Shown one piece after another: positions 58,201 to 64,000 of a stretch of 64,000 nt of DNA. Under the pieces are notes generated by a model. It made no database searches. It was given only the letters and a program-made list of their open reading frames with translations, and had not been told where the DNA came from. Both the position numbers and the translations under genes were made by a program. Source of the DNA: Setoptus koraiensis (lineage: Eukaryota > Animalia > Arthropoda); the NCBI GenBank assembly GCA_048013815.1, contig CM106586.1, forward strand, positions 23,064,001 through 23,128,000. Reading direction: 5' to 3'. How positions within the stretch are numbered: position 1 is the stretch's first letter; each line of letters starts with the position of its first letter.

Positions 58201-61200
58201 ACATTGGATTGGTGATAGTGGCAAGCCAGCAGTTTTATTGCAGCTCGGACCCCAGTGTGTGTGTGTGTGTGTTCGCAGAATAAATGGCTCGCGTCACGGT
58301 GTGTCCATCTGGCCCCTTTCTGCGACTTGGGCGACTTGCTGCGATGGCCATCGACGACTGTGCCACCATCGTCAGATAGGAATTTTTTGCCGTTAGCCTC
58401 TTATTTCTGTTATTTGGGGCTGCCGCTGTCTGCTTATTACACCGGCAGCGAAATAGCTGGCCAGCGAGCGTCATCTCACATAATAGACTTGTTTGCGTCT
58501 ATTATACAAGCAATTTATATATATATAACATGATGATGTAATATGGTGCTGCTGGCGGATGCAAACAAACGCCGAGGTTAGGCCCGACGCACACAACATA
58601 CCGGACAAGCAGGCGTATAGAGATAGAGATCAAAAATGGGGCCAGATTGGCCAGGTAGAGCGGTAGCCAAGAGGACAGATAAAGAGAAAAGAATATCTTT
58701 CCTTTTTCCGTTTCACCGGGCAACAACAATACAGCGACTTGCTGTATTTGCGATGTGTATATTTGCAAAATGCCGCCACATATACGGGCTGAATCGGGCT
58801 ATATCGTACACTTGTGTACCTGTCCATCTAGTGGGCATTTATTGGTGTTTATTTGTACTTATTTGTGAGGGTTTGTGTTGAGTCTGTGAGAGGTTGCTGG
58901 AGCTGAAGTGATCGGTAAAAGGCATTAAATAAATTGTGCCAATCAATCAAGTGCTTGCCGGCGCAACAATTAATGGCGCCTCAATGAAGCCCAATGAGGC
59001 TCGATGAGGCCCAATGAGGCCCAATAAGACGTCTCAAGGCCTGGCAAGCGGACTTATTGGGCCAATCTGGTTCCAATTTGGCGCACCGTCCACTGCCAAT
59101 CAGCTGCTGATATCATTTCAACGGCGCACTGTTAGCGGAAAGGTCAGTGCTGTTGACTTGGGCCACTGGTCAATTATTTTGGCCTCTTGCAGCGCGCGCG
59201 TTTCATTTATTGCACGTTGCAAGTTGACATTACGTTCGCACAGTTGTCAGTGATGTTATTGTGCATACTTAATGCTAATACTACTTAATTAAAATTGCAT
59301 CAGCGGCGGCGTTGTTTGCATTGGATGTTAATATCCTCGAGCACTCACTTGCAAACACTTATTGCAGTTTGTGCGCAAAGTACGCGGTATGCAAATTGGC
59401 CGTGAGCGGCATACAAAATTTTCAGCAGCCATTTAGCCCGGAATGCAATTATCAGTGCCGCGTGATAAATGACCACAATCAATTGTTTTGCAATAAAAGG
59501 TTGCTGTTGTTGCAACTTGCAACAACAGCAGCAACAACACGCCGACACAAACATTTGATCGGACACACACACACACAAACACGTGATGAGCAGCTATGAT
59601 TATATGGGCAAAACAAGATTGATTGCGCGTGCCAAGCGCCGCACAATCACAACGACAGCCTGCCCGATGATGGATATCCAGCCATGGCAAATGTTGTTTA
59701 TATTGCGTAATGTAACATTGTGTGCGACACGAGGCGGAAATGGGCGCACCGTTGTGTCACTTTGTGCGACTCAAAGTTTGAGTATGACTTTTTGTTTTAG
59801 TTTTTGTTCAGCTATTTCATGGGTGTAGCGAGCTTCGCGCGCCGGCCACTAGCGGACCGCCGGCGGTCGTTATAGACCAGACACAGTCATATAGTCTGAA
59901 CCTGCCAGTGACACCTGACTGGTTCAGTGGCAAGCTTCCGATAACGCGCAGCGAACACGGCCAACACAGTGGATACAGCCGACACAGTGGGTACAAACGA
60001 TGAGGCCCGAGCTGTGGGCCTTATCTTGGCCCCCATAACAAAGATAATTGCACAAAGATAATCTAGTTGGCGCGTCTCGGAATGTCCAGCACACACACAC
60101 ACACACACTCACGCACGCGATAGCTTCCGTATCAATGAACCCAATTTTGCCGAGTTGTTGTTTCTGTTACATCATACACAAGTCGCACCAGACAAGTTAC
60201 ATCATTCAAGTTGCACATCATACATGGCCGCCGGTCAGTGCAGTATGATCAGTGCACCGTCAGTCAGTCCGGCCAGTTTGCGCTAAATTTACTCTCTGTC
60301 GTGTATGTACTGAGCGCAAAATGTGCAACTGCATAGTCCGACATGATATGACACGACGAGTCATATCTCACAATCGAGCCAGTTGCAGCGTGGGGCCACT
60401 TGCCACGCGCCAGCTCTGCCCGTTCTGCTGCTCGTGGCAAGTCTGCCCCGTGCCTCACAGTCCACGGTCCAGAGTCCACGGTCCAGAGTCCACAGTTCAG
60501 AGTCCACGGTCGAGAGTCTGTGGGCTGTAAAGACTGTTGGAGCGGTCACCGCCACGAGCCAGCAGTCAGCGGCGTATAAATGTTACATGATGGAGAGCGC
60601 GAATTCCTTGCGAGCTCGTTCGCGCGCGCTCAATGGACCGTCCGAATCACCTTTTGTTGTCGTTGTTGTTGTTGTTGTTGTTGTTGTTTGTGTCGTTGTC
60701 GCTGTCGTCGTTGTTGTTTACGCCGCTGGACGCTCGTGTGTGTGTGTCGACAGGCATCTCGTCATGGCCCCGTGAACTGGCTGTCCGACGGCCTGTTTAG
60801 CCGGCCGCCGGCGCCGTCTAGCCAATCGACGGGCGGCCTTATCTTTGCATCGGCGGCCAGCGGGGCCCCAATCAATCGTTGCTTTGTTGACGAGCCTCAT
60901 CAGGGGCCGCCTGGTCTGGCCGCCCGGTATCACGCTCACAATGTCGGCGTGGCTCGCTGCCCGTGCCAATATAGGCAGCCCGCTGGCTCCACTGGGCGCT
61001 TGCGACTTTTGGCGTTTCTCGCCCTCTCAAAAACAGTGCTACCCTCGTGGTTGCAGCAACAACAACAGCAACATCAGCCAGAGCAACAACAACATCAGCA
61101 GCAGCAACAGCAACAACACCAGCAACACCAGCAGCGACAACAACAGCAACAACAACAAATTAAGCGCCGGGCCCCCGCAACGCTACACGACCTCAGTCGG

Positions 61201-62049
61201 TTGTTGCTGTTGTTGGTGCTGGTGCGTTGATACATTGGCGTGCATTAGAAAAAAGTGACGCTGATGCCTGTGAATTGGCTGATAATAGTCGCTGCATAGT
61301 TGCGACATTTACCGCTACATTTTTGTTGCGGCGCGCGTGGGAGGCGCCCACGGAGCCCCTATATGATAGAGGCAAACACATGCTTGCGCGGCGCTCATTA
61401 TGACATAACCAAATGTTTTTTTGCACACACACACACAATATTAGCAGCGGCAACTAGCACGGGCTACGTGGTTGCAGCGTGTAAGTTGCAGTGCAGTGCA
61501 ATTGGTGCACGATCACGGCCAAGACGATTTGTCATTTTGGCCGCATCTGCACCTCATCGCACCAGCAGCAGTTGTAGTGATGCAAGTGTTGTAGTGGTGC
61601 AAGTGTTGTGGTGGTGCAAGTGTTGTGGTGGTGCAGTGCACGGTGTGGCTTCATTCATTGGGCGCCCTGTCGTCGCTATTGGTGCTTTGCGTTACGTAAT
61701 AAACGTATAACAGCATTAGATTTATCAAACGCGCGCGTCTCTCCATTAGGCTCGTTCAGTGTCTCTGTTGTTGGCACTAACAAGAGACGTCGTTCAAGTT
61801 GCGTGTGTACCAATATGGCGATATACTATGTACCACGTAGTACGTACGTTGCGCAATTCCGCCTAAGCGATCTCACAAGAGCGCTCGCTGCCACCGCACA
61901 CATGCAACCACGTGCCTGTTAACACCAAGGTAACCGTTACTTTTGCTCATTACATACCCATATTATCATAATATATATGATGATTACAGCAGCGCTCAAA
62001 AATAATGACCAACTAACCGGGCCGCAAGCCCACGACATACCCACACCAC

Positions 62050-62190
62050 TTACCTAGACAGTTACCTAGACAGTTACCCAGACAGTTACCCAGACACTTG
62101 CCCAGGCATTTGCCCAGACAGTGGCACAGACGCTGGCATAGACGCTGGCACAGACGCTGGCATAGACGCTGGCACAGACGCTGGCACATG
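62050..62190. repeat. Tandem repeat, 12-bp period x11, unit drifting from TTACCTAGACAG to TGGCACAGACGC
   Basis: Direct reading in exact 12-bp register. Confidence 0.92.
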
Positions 62191-64000
62191 CGCCTGCCAA
62201 CTGGCTTGACTCGACTGGTGGCGAGCGCATTTTTCATTCGCCAGCCTCAAATTCGGGCCCCAAACGCGCGCCATTGAACAGCCGCGCTCCGCTAAGGGCC
62301 ATTCGTCTATTTGGGGCTACGCGACAGAGCCCCTGTGGGTCGCATCTACACCCAGACAGTCCCAGTCGAAGCGTTTGGATGTTTTACGAGCCGAGAGTTT
62401 TCGTGCCAAACCAAAATCTAGACACACGCTCTTGCGCCATTATCATTGTTTTGACCGGCAGTCGGGCCGGCACTGCTAATCCGCTAACGGGGCTCCCCCC
62501 CCCCGGTGCCAGCTTCACCAGCATATCCGACACACGGCCGCAGACCGCTGCAGCGCGTATATTGGATTCACTAATGAGGGCGCGCGTTGCAAACTTTTCA
62601 TCATTCTCAACGAGCATGCAACGAGCCGGCTCGTCCTTGCCAGCGCTCGTCAGGGTCGAGTTAATTCTGAGAGTTCAGCTATTTGCATATCGCCCAAATG
62701 ATGTCGGCAACTCGCTGGCACTCCTGAGGCCCGCCGAGGTCCGTTGGGGCCCGGCGATTGTATGTGTTTCGAGTGTGTTCGCATTTGTACATGGAAATTG
62801 GGGCCCGAGTTGTGCGCAAATGTACGCCGCAAGCTGAGCTGTGCCACAAAAAGGTGCGCAACTGGCATGGTTGGTGTTACCATTGAGTTACATGATTGCA
62901 TTTTGAATGTTGGCGATTGAAAAGGCCAAAATAGCGGGGCCAAAATGGGCCAGCGGTGGTCTAATTGCGCCGGCCAGCCGCCGGCCGATCCAATAGTGTC
63001 AATGGGGTGTGCGTGATTTATGGAATCTGGCGACAAAATCAACAACAGCGCGCCGTGGCAAACTTAACAGTGACACTGCCAGTGCAGATCCACATGACTG
63101 ACTGACATTCAGTAATGTCATGGACACACACCGTTGCTGGCATTTCAATGGGAGCGCGTGGGGGCACGCAATCACAATACATGCTCCGTCATCGTCTGGG
63201 CAAGAGATTTTTCGTCGTCGTGATCGGATTGTTGAGCAACTCGGCCTGCCAAACGACAATCGCCCGACAGCAAACGGGCAAGCGCTTAGAGGCTTAGCGA
63301 AACATCAATATTTGGCAATATTACCCCCGTGTATATCATCTGCTGCAGCTTGACATTTCCACACAAACAAGCGTCAACCAAACAACAACAACGATTACAG
63401 CAGCGACAATGACAACAACAACGACAACAACAAACGCGAGAGAGTCCTCGAGTAGCTAAACATTTAAACGCCAGCGCGCGCGATTATATCCGCCGATAAC
63501 CGACCTGTCTTATCTGTATTGGCCGCATTATCTGTTTGTAGCCGCGAGTGTGTGCTCTCGACGGGCATGTTTTTTGTATTATGTAACAATAGCAGAATAA
63601 CAATTATTATCAACTGTCAATTACATTGTGTAAGCCGAAATGTGTTTTTTTCGTCTTCGTCTCTAGCGCTTTTTTTTTTCATTATTTATCACGTTCAAGC
63701 CACATACTGTTACATCAGCGTAATGCACCCTGTTGTCGTTTGCTCCGGCACAATTTGCTCCTCTTTACAACGTTTGTATACTACGTACGTTGAGTCAACT
63801 ACAGTTGTATTACGCAACTCTCGTGCACTATGCTCTCTGGCGCGTAGTCGTCCATTTTGTTTACTAGCACAGGTAACACGATCTACACGCAGGATATACA
63901 AAAATTATCTATTTCATCTTATCGTTTGCTCCATGTCACTTGGCTCTAATCCTGCACACAAACACACACACACACACACATACATATCGTGCTAGAGAGT

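Noticed and set aside
1-64000. CRISPR arrays, transposases, rRNA/tRNA genes, TTAGG telomeric arrays, prokaryotic operons
   Set aside because: The repeats are head-to-tail without unique spacers; no RT, transposase or integrase motifs, cloverleaf or rRNA signatures were seen; the genes are spliced eukaryotic orthologues.

Overview
Eukaryotic (arthropod-like, probably mite; taxon is inference) genomic DNA with two very different compartments. (1) About 1-39 kb and 51.5-64 kb: CpG-rich, microsatellite- and short-tandem-repeat-rich, mostly non-coding DNA. It carries a minus-strand transglutaminase gene (5 exons found, 31005 down to 7003, catalytic Cys-His-Asp intact, 3' exons apparently beyond the window start). 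A plus-strand NALCN auxiliary factor gene (NALF/FAM155/Mid1-like, 14087-18957) is nested in its 15.6 kb third intron. (2) About 40.0-51.1 kb: a compact, AT-richer, intron-poor block of five conserved genes: METTL2 (-), gamma-COP (+), FAM76 (+), AdipoR/PAQR (-) and p90 RSK (-). All splice models were checked by hand for GT-AG ends and reading-frame continuity. I found no prokaryotic system, CRISPR array, rRNA, tRNA or recognisable transposase, and no clearly new multi-gene system. The most interesting leads are: the nested gene; a possibly secreted transglutaminase; a C-terminally short gamma-COP; 3' splice sites without pyrimidine tracts; excess CAGGTG(AG) motifs; unrelated tandem arrays that share one TATTCRCG core; and several strong hairpins. 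Most long ORFs in the supplied track outside these seven genes are low-complexity artefacts. All motif counts are by eye.
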